DNA of 64,000 nt. It comes from Podarcis bocagei. Its lineage: Eukaryota. The DNA lies in assembly GCA_964188305.1 (NCBI GenBank), contig OZ076889.1. One strand, 5' to 3'. The position numbers and the translations under genes are program-made. This document shows, piece by piece, positions 26,437-38,530 of the stretch. Each line of letters opens with the position of its first letter. The stretch's first letter is position 1. A model generated the notes under the pieces. That model was not told where the DNA came from. It ran no database searches and saw only the letters and a program-made list of their open reading frames with translations.

Positions 26437-26735
26437 TGGCTGTATTCACATGTAACACTAAGCCATGGTTTGCTTTAAACAAACCATAAATTATTTCACA
26501 AATAAACAAACAACCCATAGTTTGCTCCCCGCAAGCTTGGTATGTTTTTCCGGCCATTCTTGCCTCATGGCTCTCTAATTCAGAAATGTCTGGGGTGGAC
26601 AAACAAGCCATGGTTAAGCTTTTGGTTTGGCACTCTGCCCAAACCCATAGTTAAAACAAGCCATGATTCATAAGCCAACAACAAACCATAGCTTCACATC
26701 ACAGTTTTTGTCAGAAGGTAAAGCATAGTTAGTCT
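26437..26735. mobile_element. Degenerate non-autonomous element with repeated aaccatggtt / aagccatggtt units
   Basis: Related sequence at about 23020-23190 and 40075-40375. Superfamily not assignable. Confidence 0.55.
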
Positions 26736-27245
26736 TCAAGGTGGTCAAGGGACTGGAGCAATTTCCCTAAAACGAAAGGAGGCAACATTTGAGATTTTTT
26801 TAAGCTTACAGATAAGGCGAGAGAGTGGGAACATGATAGAGGTGTTTAAAATTATGCATAGTGTGAAGAAAGTGGACAGTAAGAGGCTTTTGTCCTTCTC
26901 TTATACTACTAGAACTCCCAGCCATACTGTGAACAACAGACAAAAGGAAGTATATCTATACACATAGTTAAACCATGGAATTTGCTCCCATAAGATGTAG
27001 TGATGACCACTAACTTGTACAGCTTTAAAAGAGTAGATAAAACCATGGAGGATAAGGCTAACAAAGGCTACTAGTCGTAATGGCTATGTTCTATATCCAC
27101 TGTAGGTGGCTTATGTTTCTGAATGCCAGTTGCTGGGAAATCCCATGTAAGGAGAGCACTTGGGGGCTTCACATAGGCACCTGGCTGGCCACTGTGAGAA
27201 CAGAATGCTTGACCAAATGGTCTATTGGAGTTCTTCTTATGTTTC
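26735..27245 (+). mobile_element. CR1 LINE 3' end (ORF2 C-terminus and 3' UTR)
   Basis: Degenerate KGLEQ...NMIEVFKIMHSVKKVD, then UTR ending ttcttcttatgtt. Confidence 0.85.
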
Positions 27246-29079
27246 TGTATAATTAGTTGATGGTATCCAATTTTAAATGTTTACATGGTTTTACTATATA
27301 TATGTATGGCTGTTATAAACCGGCTTTGACTTTTTTATGAATAGCGGTACACAAATATTTTAACAAATATTTAATGTTCTTATGAACTCAAGTTGTAATA
27401 GATGGATGGCACAACAAGGCATTGTCTTTGCCAAACTATGCACCCATAAATTATGCCGGTGTTTGCAGCTGGACCCAAAGATGCCAAGATTACCAGAACT
27501 AGGCACACAGAACATGTGGGTAAACAGCCAAGACATACCTAGGAGATCACAAACCACCCTCACATTTCTATTCTGCTGTAACAACAGTCATCAGAAAGTT
27601 ATCAGCAAGAGAGTTATCAATACATTGGCAAAATTAGCTAGGGAACTCAGGACTATATCATAGCTCTACAATCTCTCCCATAGTAAGAACTTGTGTTCCC
27701 CAGACAGCAGGCATGTCCTAAGCCCCACAACCCCCCCCCCTTCTGCTACTGGAGGGGCAAAGAATAGGCATTGTGTCCATTATCTTGGAATGTAGATTCA
27801 TTTGTTCCCAATCAATTTGATTGATATGGGGTAGTTAACAGGTCATAATGCTTATTAATGCTTTGCTAAAGATTTTTAGAGATGCCCTGAATGCTGGATG
27901 GGGTATGAATTAGGCGAACACAGGAAAGACCCAAAATTAATTAAATAAGTGATTAATAGATCCATTTACACATGGTAATTACTGCAATCCAAGCAATTGG
28001 ATATGCAAATTAGGCATGCACTTTGTACCCAGCACTTTGTTGTAAACTCCTACAAAGAAAGAAGGGGTTGGACAGGGCAATGAAGTACAGTGCTGGTTCC
28101 CTGGTGTTCGTAGTGTTGCCTCTAACGGAGCACAATTCAGTGGATCTAGAAACTAGACTTTCACCTACTGTCCGCATCCAGACCTCAATAACATCTTCCC
28201 ATATACACATGCTATACTTCGACATAAACATAAGAGTTCTGGGGCAAACTGCTTCCAAACTGAAGTTCTGTAAGGGTCCAAGTTATCCTTATCTTGACGT
28301 ACACACAATTTTGTTACTTTTCCTTCTCAAATAAAAATACTAAAAAGTATGAGCTAACAAACTATTGCCTTCTAAATTCACACATGTGAATCCAGACTGC
28401 CTGTGTAAGTACAACTTCACAGTTTAAAGAAGCTACTTCAATAAGGTTATTATTATTATTGGTGACAAGCTGTCGTGAGAGTTACTGTATATACCACCTC
28501 CAGGATCAGACGCAGCATTCTTGTTTTAACTGCTTGTAATATTGTATTATTACACACATATATTCAACCCAAAAACAAATAGACTAGCTGCTCTTCATGA
28601 TCTCCAGCATGACTTTCATTGGTAGGAAGAGCTTCTCTCTTGAGGCCTGGATGGCTTAAAGGACAGGCTTAATTTGCCACTGTGTTTTCCAAATTCCTAC
28701 ATTATGTTCTGCAGTAGGAAAAAAAGTTCAGCTGCAACCTAAATACTGTATGTGTCTAAAGAATCTGAATTTTATACATTCTGCTAGCCATGTAAGAGAA
28801 ACACACACCCCTGACCACTGAACATCCTATTCACTCTTCTTATATTTTACTCCTGCACATTTTAATTTTCCTCCCAGAGCCATAAGACTGAGAAAATTAA
28901 ATTTAAAAACTAGAGAGATTTGTGTCAAATTCTAGCCCAGCATAATGTGAGGGAAGGCTTCTAAAATACACAGGGCAGTCTGACGGGCTGCAGAGGAGAA
29001 TGATACGCAGATGGAGACAAAATCATGCAGCCCTCTTTCTTCCTTTGAAGCCAACTCTCCTTTCTTTCAACCAGGAAAG

Positions 29080-29720
29080 AAGAGCCCAGCTTGGCGGTGA
29101 TAAACAGCCATGCATTGGTTATCGCTTTCCTTAAGTTGAGGAGAGGCAGCTAGTGATGGATGGACAGGAATTTGGTTATCAGGCAGGGCTGTCAGCCAGA
29201 GTTGCAGATAGCGCACACACATTTAGCAGGGCATCATTATGCAATGGCATGGAGCTAAAATATGGCCAAGGGTATTGAAAGAATGAAAGAACAGGATTTA
29301 GAAAAAACTAGCAAATTGAGCAACAATAAAGGAGCGCAAGGCGAGGACGTTATCGTCCTAGTGACACCTTTTATCTCAGTCTGGTTAGCGAGAGAAGGGC
29401 ACAAATTGGTCCTTCCTCCACCATTGTATCCTCTTGTACAAACAGAGGCAGATAAAATGTGTCACCAATGTGATAGCATATCAATTTAACCCTAATTATC
29501 CAGTGGGTCACGCTAAGAAATAAGGGTTTCTCATTTCAACAGGTCCCTCGGTTTCTGCTATGGAGGAGCCACATTAATAACATAGGGGGGAAGGGGGGCA
29601 ACGAGAAAAGGAGGGAGCCTGTAATTGAATTCAGTCACTCAGGTGGTCCTAGTGTATAAAAAATTAATGTACAACTCTCCCAACTAATCAGAGGCGGTTA
29701 ATGTCCATCTGCTTCTGGGT
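29080..29720. promoter_or_regulatory. Candidate conserved non-coding element cluster
   Basis: Non-repetitive, with retained CpGs and multiple GATAA/TTATC, TAAT and ATTAAT motifs. Confidence 0.5.
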
Positions 29721-30218
29721 TCAGAAAGTCAGAAGCCCAAGAAAATAAGGCCATTTCCTACATGCTGGATTCATTGATACCGAGCTGGCTTTTTAAAGAG
29801 TCTCCTCCTTTGGAAAAGATATGGGGAACATTAAATCTTGATATTTATAGACCCAGTCAGGAGGCATTAATAGAACCTCATATGCTGTCATGTTCTGAAA
29901 ATATACAGAAAGCTTTGTCACCACTGCTTCAGTAAAGGCCTTTCCGCATGGGTGGTGGAAGGAGAGGAGGTTGTGGAGGTAGTAGAAGGAAGGGGACAAC
30001 ACTGAGGTCTGCTGCTTTGTGGTCTAAAGATAATTTCTGAATGAATTTACACCATGTTCTATTTTTATTTACTTATATATTTAAAGCACCAATGTGCTGC
30101 AGTAAAGATGCTTCAGGAAATCTGCCATATTGCTTATAAAGTATGTGAAAGTAAACATGAAAGCAGAGTGACACAATCTCTTCCTCACACTTTAGAGGAA
30201 AGTCATACATCCTTATAC

Positions 30219-30514
30219 CAGGCCCGTCAACAGGTAGATCATGATCTACCGGTAGATCACTGGATGTCTGTGGTAGATCACTGGCTCCCCCCAAAGAAGC
30301 TCAACAACTTTGGCTCCCCTAAAAAAGCTCAACATTCTTGTCCTGCATCCCAAAGAAAAGGGGCTTTCCTCTCCCCTAAATAGAGCCCTACAACTTTGAC
30401 CTGAACCCCTAAAAAATGGGGCTTTCTCCTTCCTTAAAAAAAAAAAAAAAAGCTTAACAATTTTGACCTGAACCCCCAATTAGATCACAGTCTATTGGGA
30501 GTTGGCTGTCCCTG
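30219..30514. mobile_element. hAT-type non-autonomous element
   Basis: 8-bp TSD ccttatac/tcttatac, CAGG...CCTG termini, subterminal ggtagatc repeats and internal tandem units. Confidence 0.85.
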
Positions 30515-31112
30515 TCTTATACCATTTAGATGCAGTATAAAGTAAGAGAACAAAAACTATGGCCATTCATGTATTCAGACCTATAGATGTCTATAGAAAC
30601 CCAGAAAGCCTAACAATGCAAAAAGCATGTGCTACTCAAATGCGCTGCTATTCCTTAATGCAATAATAATTCTTCACTTCAATTTACAGGTGGCATCGTC
30701 TTACCCCAGGACAAGTCTTTGGATGGTAATGGAAAATAGCCCAGTGAGAAAGGGATACTTTGCCTAGTATAACCAACTGATACATAGAAATATTAGATGC
30801 AGCTTTTAAGAAACAAAGAAAAAAGAATGAATCTACTGCAGAAGGAGAAGGAATGCTTACTAGTAAGTGCATGATGTTGTGCCAAGCTCTGACCTGGAGC
30901 AGGACATCAACTCCTCAGAGAACAAAGCAGATCTATCACCAAACAAATAATAAAGAGAGCAAAAAGTGCCCCCCTTTGCCAGCTCTGAAGATCCCTTTCC
31001 TGGTTTACCAACAGAGGATCTTCTCAAGGCCTCTCAGAGTGGGTGCCATTCTGAGCGTCATCAGATGACCCCCCAGAGGACTCAAAGGGAGAGAACAAAT
31101 TGCAGGCACCTA

Positions 31113-31312
31113 NNNNNNNNNNNNNNNNNNNNNNNNNNNNNNNNNNNNNNNNNNNNNNNNNNNNNNNNNNNNNNNNNNNNNNNNNNNNNNNNNNNNNNNN
31201 NNNNNNNNNNNNNNNNNNNNNNNNNNNNNNNNNNNNNNNNNNNNNNNNNNNNNNNNNNNNNNNNNNNNNNNNNNNNNNNNNNNNNNNNNNNNNNNNNNNN
31301 NNNNNNNNNNNN
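31113..31312. other. N gap (200 nt)
   Basis: Direct reading. Confidence 0.95.
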
Positions 31313-31576
31313 GTATAAACTCCACACACAAAAGTGTGATGTACACCAAAACAGAAATACCTAATTCAAAGACCTATTGACATGAACTGGATATTGCTTC
31401 TTAACTTGTACTTACAGCATATTTGCTAATGACTGCTTTCCTCTATTTTAAGCGTCGTCTTTGCATCTACTTTGTAAATGTGCCTGGAGTTCTAGTTACA
31501 ACAACAAGCACAATACTGGGAAAAAAAATATAAGAGGTCAAGGAAACAAGTAGCCTGAGATATGGACTATCTGCAG

Positions 31577-31680
31577 CAGGGGTAGCCAACACAGTATGCA
31601 GCAGATACTGTTGGACTATAATTCCCATCAACTTTAACCATTGGACATACTGGCTCGGAACACCACATAGGCTACCCCGG
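31577..31680. mobile_element. hAT-type MITE (ggactacaactccc family), internally deleted
   Basis: caggggtagcc / ggctaccccg termini and ggactataattcccatca core. Confidence 0.7.
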
Positions 31681-31860
31681 CTCCCATTCAGAACAGACAT
31701 TAAAGGTTCTTTGTACAATATGGGATTAACAGCAATTCAAACTCCTTTTGGCCAGGTTGGGGTGAGATGGGGTGAGCGTGTGTGAGTGGATTGAGCAAAG
31801 GCATCTCTTCATCTAGCCCTGCTAATCTCCACCAGTACAGAGCTTCTGCTTCTGCCCTTG

Positions 31861-31880
31861 GGTTCCCCCTGGTGGCAGCC
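31861..31880 (-). promoter_or_regulatory. CTCF-like motif
   Basis: The minus strand reads GCCACCAGGGGGAACC, close to the CCACCAGGGGGCGC core. Confidence 0.4.
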
Positions 31881-32720
31881 AGCAAAAAGTCCTCCAGTTA
31901 GATGTCCTGGGGGCCAGCCCCACTGCCATTACATGACAGCTTTGCAATCTCCCTTTCACATCTACCACCCATCACCCATCCCAGTCGGCATGTTTTGCAG
32001 GGATGCAAACGCAACAGTGTCCTCAGCACTCCTATAAAGCCTCACCAGGCAACAGCCAGGGTTAGGATTGCAACGTAAGTCTCTGAATGTTATTTTTTTA
32101 AAGTCTCTGAACTTTGAATTCTTTTCAGAGAACAACATTTTGTACTTGGGAACCTCAGTTTCTATCATTATTCCACTAAAGTGGATTCAGCAAACTTTCA
32201 GATTTTCAGAGGATCAGAGTTTCAGGATTCAGGAAAAGCAAAAGGAAGAACTTCTCCACACAATGCATAGTTAAGCAACTGAAATTGCTACCACAAGATG
32301 GTAACCATCTTGGAAGGCTTGGAAGGGTTCAAGCAAATTTGTGGAAGATAAGGCTCCCAATGGCTCCTAGTCGCAATGTCTAGTATGTCTTGGAATAAGC
32401 TTTCCTTCACAAGCAGGATGACTTGAATTTTACATTTTAAAAACAAGTTAAAGTTCTTAGGAAGTAGATAACAAGGATTTCCTCCTATGTGTGTGCACTT
32501 TTCTTTTTATTTTACTACAGTTTTAAAAATTGTTTTATCTTGTCTCTACTACAGCTTTTTATTGGCTGCTTTTACTGACTTATCTTAATTCATTTTGTTG
32601 TTTTACTTTTATTGCTTATTTTGTACACCACTGTGAATAAATTTTCATGCAGAAAAGCAGGATGTAAATAACATGAAATAAGACAAATCTTTCCTGTAAT
32701 ACAGGAGAACACCAACTTAT

Positions 32721-32900
32721 GAACCTAGGAAGTTGCCTTACACAGAGTCAGACCATTGGTTCATCTAGCTCAGTACTGTCTACGGTGGCTGGGAACAACT
32801 GTCCTGGAAGAGGGTTTTCCCAGCCATCTCTGGAAATACTGAGGGCTGAACCTGGGACCTTTTGCATGCAAAGCATGCACTCCGTCACGGAGCAACAGTC
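32721..32900 (-). mobile_element. tRNA-derived squamate SINE (Ala-TGC-like head)
   Basis: The minus strand reads gctttgcatgcaaaaggtcccaggttcagccc ... gagctagatgaaccaatggtctgactc ... aaggcaacttcctag. Confidence 0.8.
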
Positions 32901-33323
32901 TTGCACCAGCTCTTGGATCTTAAACAGAATTATACATAAGCTGCACATAAAAGATTCCATAATTCTGTGCCACGGTAACTCAATCTGTGCACCAAAAATC
33001 TGCAATATTCTGCAAGACAGACATTCTACATGATGCATTTTCTTAATTTTGATCATTTAACTCTGCTCCTGCTGATCATGGAGAATGGATAACAGTTATG
33101 CAGGGGACTACTGTCTTGTCACCCGACCATCAGAAATTCTGCTTGACGCCATTTCCTGTATAAGAGAGTTCATTAAGCAGTCCCTACATGTTTTCAAGCC
33201 TAGCTTCACAACTGTGAGGGCTAGATTTGCTTTTTCTATTTTATTTTTAAGTGAGATAAGATCTTCAGTATACCAAGTGGTACATCAGTATACCAAGATT
33301 AGCAATCACATAATGGACAGAAA

Positions 33324-33454
33324 AATCATAGAATTGTAGAGTTGGAAGGGACCATGAGGAACTAATTCTAATCCAACCCTGTACAATGCAGAAATCTTCT
33401 TGCCCAGCGTGGGGAACAAACCCACAACCCTGAGATTAAGAGTTTCATGCTCTC
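33324..33454 (-). mobile_element. tRNA-Lys(CTT)-derived SINE with CR1-type tail, 5' truncated
   Basis: The minus strand reads gagcatgaaactcttaatctcagggttgtgggtt...ccccacgctgggc, then ggtcccttccaactctacaattctatgatt. Confidence 0.85.
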
Positions 33455-33490
33455 GTGAACATATAAGCATCATTAAAACTGAGTTATGCA

Positions 33491-33676
33491 AGAGTCCGAT
33501 ACTTGATTCATCTAGCTTAGTATTGTCTCCTATAACTAGGAGTGGCTCTTCATGATCTCAGACAAAAATCTTTTCCATCACCTGGTTTCTGAGTGCTTTT
33601 AATCAGAGGTGCAAAGGATTATACTTGGGTCCTCTCGCATGCAAACATGTGTTCTATGAATTGTGGCCACTCCCCT
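33491..33676 (-). mobile_element. Older copy of the tRNA(Ala-like)-derived SINE
   Basis: catctagcttagtattgtct and gcatgcaaac motifs shared with 32721-32900. Confidence 0.65.
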
Positions 33677-35156
33677 CCTCCTTGCTGATATTTAAAAAAG
33701 GATGCTCTATCTTGCAGTGTCCATTTTCAGGGGGGTATGCCAAAGCAAACGAGAGTTAATCAAAAACAGTCATAGAAAAAAGTCAAACACAAACAGGCAG
33801 CTGCACGGATGATTAGGTTGCAAACACATTTTGAGAAAAACTGTTTGTCAGGGCCTGACTAAACCCAATACATGAAGCATCTCTCACTTCCTTCCCACCA
33901 AAGTTGTCAACTCCCTCTCCAGCTAACAAAGCATGCCGGAGAACCAGAACGTTGCCAGCCCATCACCCATGCCTTCCCAAAGTGAACATTAACTTCAATT
34001 TGAAAAAGCTGATAGGAGAAAACAGAAAAATCAAGCGGAACATGGGCACCCTCTCCACTGAAGAGTCAGGCACTCTTAAAAGAAGAGAATGTCAGAAAAA
34101 TGCAACAGAGCCAAGCAGAAAGCTGCACAATGCCAGCGAAGCAGCAGGTGACAGCAGAGCTTAAAATTTCTCCTGGGTTCTGGAATCTCACAGCAGGCAA
34201 CCTCTGGCATTTGGGCCCAGACAATGTGAGACGAGCTGTGTTCTTGCTGTGACAAAACACCCCGCCCAGAAACAGTCACCATTAGCATGTGTTCTGCCAG
34301 TGAGAAACCTCCAGAGCCAAAGGACAAGTGCAGCAATTAGAATGCAGGGAGGGAGGGGGGCAGGAGCTGTTTAACTGCACAACCCCAGAGGTCAGTGCAT
34401 CTGACTCCTAGCACTTCCATAAATATTACATGAATGTGGGGGGGGGGGATGTTTTAAGCTTCCCTGAACGAATTCTCCCTTTGACCCTTCCCTTCATTCT
34501 CACATTCTACATGCAGCTCAACATGTTAGCAACGTTATGTACACATGCAAAAGGCCAGATAATAATTTGTGTAAATGAAGGGAAGTGGATAAAAGTGTTG
34601 ACTGCAGGAGTGACCTTGAAAAAGCAGGGATCTCCAATACCCATCCGTGTTCCATATGCAACAGTTCTTCTATATAATGCATTTATCATCTGCTCGGAGT
34701 CAGTGCCTCACAATCAGATCCATCAAAGCACAGGACACCAGGAAAGGGAAAACAAAACTTTCAGCAGTACATGGATCATGCAAGATATGAAGAGTCAACT
34801 TGCCATACGACTGTAATTGCATTCTGTCACCACTGAACCTTATGGGTAGAGATGCCAAATGAACTGGTTTGCTCTGAATTTCAGAGTGAACTGACCTGAT
34901 CTGCATCTCCAGGATTAATGCACAGAATAAAATGTGATTTTGTGATGTTTGATTTGTTTGTGCACCTATACACACACAGATGTGAACCTATGGCCACCCG
35001 CACCCCCTCAAGTCTTTCCTTGGCCACACATGGCATATTCCTACAACTTTTCTTTGCAAAAAAAAGCTCTAGCATCTTTACAGCTCTTTTCGGAATATAT
35101 ACACACATACCAGCCCTATTTTGCCTTTCTTAAAAACAAAATTAAAGTCACCTGAA

Positions 35157-35291
35157 CAGTCTTCCCCAACCTGGTGCCCCCTGATGTTTTGGATTACAAC
35201 TCCCTTCATTCCTCAACACTGACCATGTTAGCAGCGGGTGATGGGAGTTACAGCCTAAAAGCAAATGGAGGGCACCAGTTGGGAAAGGCTG
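35157..35291. mobile_element. hAT-type MITE (ggactacaactccc family), near full length
   Basis: TIRs cagtcttccccaacctggtgccc / gggcaccagttgggaaaggctg and internal palindrome acaactccc...gggagtta. Confidence 0.85.
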
Positions 35292-37163
35292 CACTAGAGA
35301 GAGAGAGAGAAGAAACAGAATCCTTCAGGAATTCACCTAGCATGAGGCTCTCACCAAACCATGTAATATAATAATCACCAAGTGACTCAGTGATCCTAGT
35401 GTACCTCTAAGCCTGATAGCTATTTGACCATTTAGACATTTCCCACACTGGTGGTATGAAGGCAAGGTCTGCAAGTATCCTGGAACTGAGAAAGAGCCCC
35501 AGCCTTCATGCATCTCCTATGATCGTGCTCTAATGCTCCTTGACATCCCTCTGAAGACGGTGAGCTATTTGTAGTCACCACCATGATTTGTTAGTAATTA
35601 TTTTCATGGTGTCACATTGCTGTCACACTGCTAACAAAGAGACAGGCAGCCTGAGGCTGCTTGCAAGAGACACTCAGAAAATGTGGCGGGGGGTGGGGGG
35701 GTGGGATTGTCAGGCACCCAAAGACTCTCTTTGCTCAACAGAGCTTTCGAACCAGAGCCCTTACAATAGCCTAAAATCAATGGTTCCTCAGAAGCAGCAA
35801 GCCAGCACTATCTTGCACTTTGGCCACAGAGGCTGAAATTAATTACTATCCTCCTCCGCACTATCCCTGAAACAAAGCCAACAAAGCCAGCGGGTTCGGG
35901 GTAGTTTTAGATTTCCTTAAGCTATTAACGTGCTAGAGATCTAAAGCAAAGACACATACAAAATGTGGGTGCAGATGACTTTAGCCATATCCTTTCAAGC
36001 TGCATTTCCCCCCCAAGCACTGCAAAACCACTGCAAAGTCTACAGTATCCCAGTATTGGCAAATATGCTAATTTATACACAGTGACAATGTGCTGTATTT
36101 CTTCAGTCTGGCTGCCTTAGCTGTTTAGCATTTCCCAGTGCTAAGGGACAGTTGCAGAGAGAGAGAGAGAGAGAGAGACTGTCACAGCCTAATGGCTTGT
36201 GCCCGTTACCTTGCCCTCGTGTCACTGACATCCCAAGAACTTCCTATATGCCAGCTCCATCCATCCATCTTGCACCTGTGATTGTGATACTTCAGACTGA
36301 CTTGTCAGTCAAAGGTAATCATCCTTCCCCCACTATCTGCATTGCTTGCTTGGTCCCATGAGAAATGTCAGCAATTCTAAGACCTGGTATGTTGCACAAT
36401 ACAAATACAGTCAAATGAAAGTGAGCTGCCACACCAGCTGACCCTTCAGGCTGCCTTGATTCCAGCTGCATAGAATAAGGGTGAACATGGCTCCTTGAGC
36501 AACCCTAAATGTTTACAGCATCCAATAGGTATGATCTTCCTTCTGCTCAATGTAACAGCTTGCACATCATACATCACGAAAACAGAAGAAAAGTGCCAAA
36601 GAATTCTGAGGACATTAAAACTAATTGTAGAAGCTTAACCTGGAGAGTGTGTGTCATATAAAGACAAGTTGCGAAACTTACCATATGCTCCAAAAATTGA
36701 TACACTGCCCCCCCCATGGCCCTAATCACTACTTAGAACATTTAAACGGTCCATAAAATGTAAGTGATGCAGCAGCTCATGGGGCTGCAAAATGATGTCA
36801 CAATTCAAGAGGATGGTTTGATCTCATCTGTACCTGCAGAATTAATGGAAGGAGGATGTTGGTTCCAAGTTTGCACTGTTTCCATAAAGCCACCAAAGTC
36901 CTAGCACAACAATAGCTAAAGAACATGCAGATACATTCACACCTCAAAAGGCAGAAATGTGTTCAGACAGCCTGATAATGTTGGCATCGATGCAGCACAG
37001 AAAGGATAAACAATTTAACTTCAGCCATACCTAATACTCCTTGCTATTTAACTTTGCCCAGAATCCATTTTGCTTGTCGTCCCCGCCCCCATATGATAGT
37101 ATATACTGCTTTTTCAGCTTCAAAGTACTGCCTCCAACAATATTGAAGGTTCTTGGTCAAATA

Positions 37164-37367
37164 CAGAGGTCAGAAACCTTTTTCAGCCATGGGCCGGTCC
37201 ACCGTCCCTCAGACCATGTGGTGGGCCAGACTATATTTTTTTTGGGGGGGGAATGAATGAATTCCTATGCCCCACAAATAACTCAGAGATGCATTTTAAA
37301 TAAAAGCACACATTCTACTCATGTAAAAACACGCTGATTCCCACGGGCCTTAGGTTGCCTACCCCTG
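37164..37367. mobile_element. hAT (Charlie-like) MITE
   Basis: TIRs cagaggtcagaaacct / aggttgcctacccctg and 8-bp TSD gtcaaata/gtcaaaca. Confidence 0.88.
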
Positions 37368-38159
37368 GTCAAACACATAAAGCGGAGCCTACAGCCAAAA
37401 CAGATCATCCTATATTCTCAACAGGTTTCATCTCTGACCTCTGCCTTTCACTAACAACTTAAATAGATAACTGCCATTTAACTCGATTTTGCTACAACCT
37501 AGCCAGCCAAAGAACATAGAGCCCTAGAGTTTTCAGCATCACACAAAAAAACTCCAGATCTCTAGAGCTAACAGAATGGAAAAGGAGCTCCAAGATTATC
37601 TCCCTAACCCGGAGCACTGAAAGAATTATCTAGATCACATCTGGGCAATTTAAGACCCATATGCCAAATACAAATTACGGGCATCCTTTCTGTAGCTTGT
37701 CAAGTATTCACTGCATCACATAGCATGCTAGCTACCACCTTACATTGTATTTTATTACACTTTAGCCCAGTATATCTTTCAGGAAATAGCTCTGTCCATT
37801 TGACAGAATGCATTGTCAGTAAACCCAAAGTTTAAGTTCTCTTCCCTATCATGGTCCAGAAAGCTTCAGCAGGTAAACAATCCAACCTATGCTCAAAAAG
37901 TCATCCAGCAGAACGCTATGCTAACTGATTGTGTCTCCCCATTCTTATTAAAATATCATCAAGCAAGGAAGTTGGTCAATAACCTCAAAAAAAACCTATA
38001 TGAATATTTGGCAATATGCAAATATAAATATAATTGATGAATAATCAATTACAAAGCTGGTGAAAAATCAATTTAAAATATCTAATCAGCTAACTTTCCT
38101 ATTTCTTGATTTTCTTAGAGCTCATGTGGAACATGCATCAACAGAATGTTGTCCTGATT

Positions 38160-38387
38160 AAAGGAAGTAATAGTACCACTCTATTCTGCCTTGGTCAGAC
38201 CACACCTGGAGTACTGTGTCTAGTTCTGGGCACCACAATTTAAGAAGGATGTTGACAAGCTGGACACGATGATCAAGGGTCTGGAAACCAAGTCTTTTGA
38301 GGGATGGTTGAGGGAGTTGGGTATGTTTAGCCTGGGAAAGAAGAGACTGAAATGAGATATGATAGCCATCTTCAAATATCTAAAGGG
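38160..38387 (+). mobile_element. CR1 LINE ORF2 C-terminal fragment
   Basis: [33 protein letters not shown]...LRELGMFSLGKKRLK*DMIAIFKYLKG. Confidence 0.92.
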
Positions 38388-38530
38388 TTTATTGACTTAT
38401 TTATTAAATTTGTATACTGCCCTTCATTCAAAGATCTCAGGGCGGTTCACAGGAAAAATACAAGATAAAAACACAAAACACATAATAAAAATAAGAACAA
38501 AAACAAAACAATAAACCCCTTCACCCTCAC
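38388..38530 (-). mobile_element. L2-like 3' tail abutting the CR1 fragment
   Basis: tttattaaatttgtatactgccc...ctcagggcggttcac followed by an A-rich tract. Confidence 0.7.

Noticed and set aside
30219-30514. Repeat-spacer (CRISPR-like) appearance, also at 9640-9881 and 26437-26735
   Set aside because: Irregular units inside transposon-derived sequence (TIR/TSD-bounded at 30219 and 9640) in a eukaryotic intron, with no cas genes.
33380-33454. tRNA-Lys gene
   Set aside because: The 5' end is missing, box B is mutated, and it is fused to a CR1 tail, so it is a SINE head.
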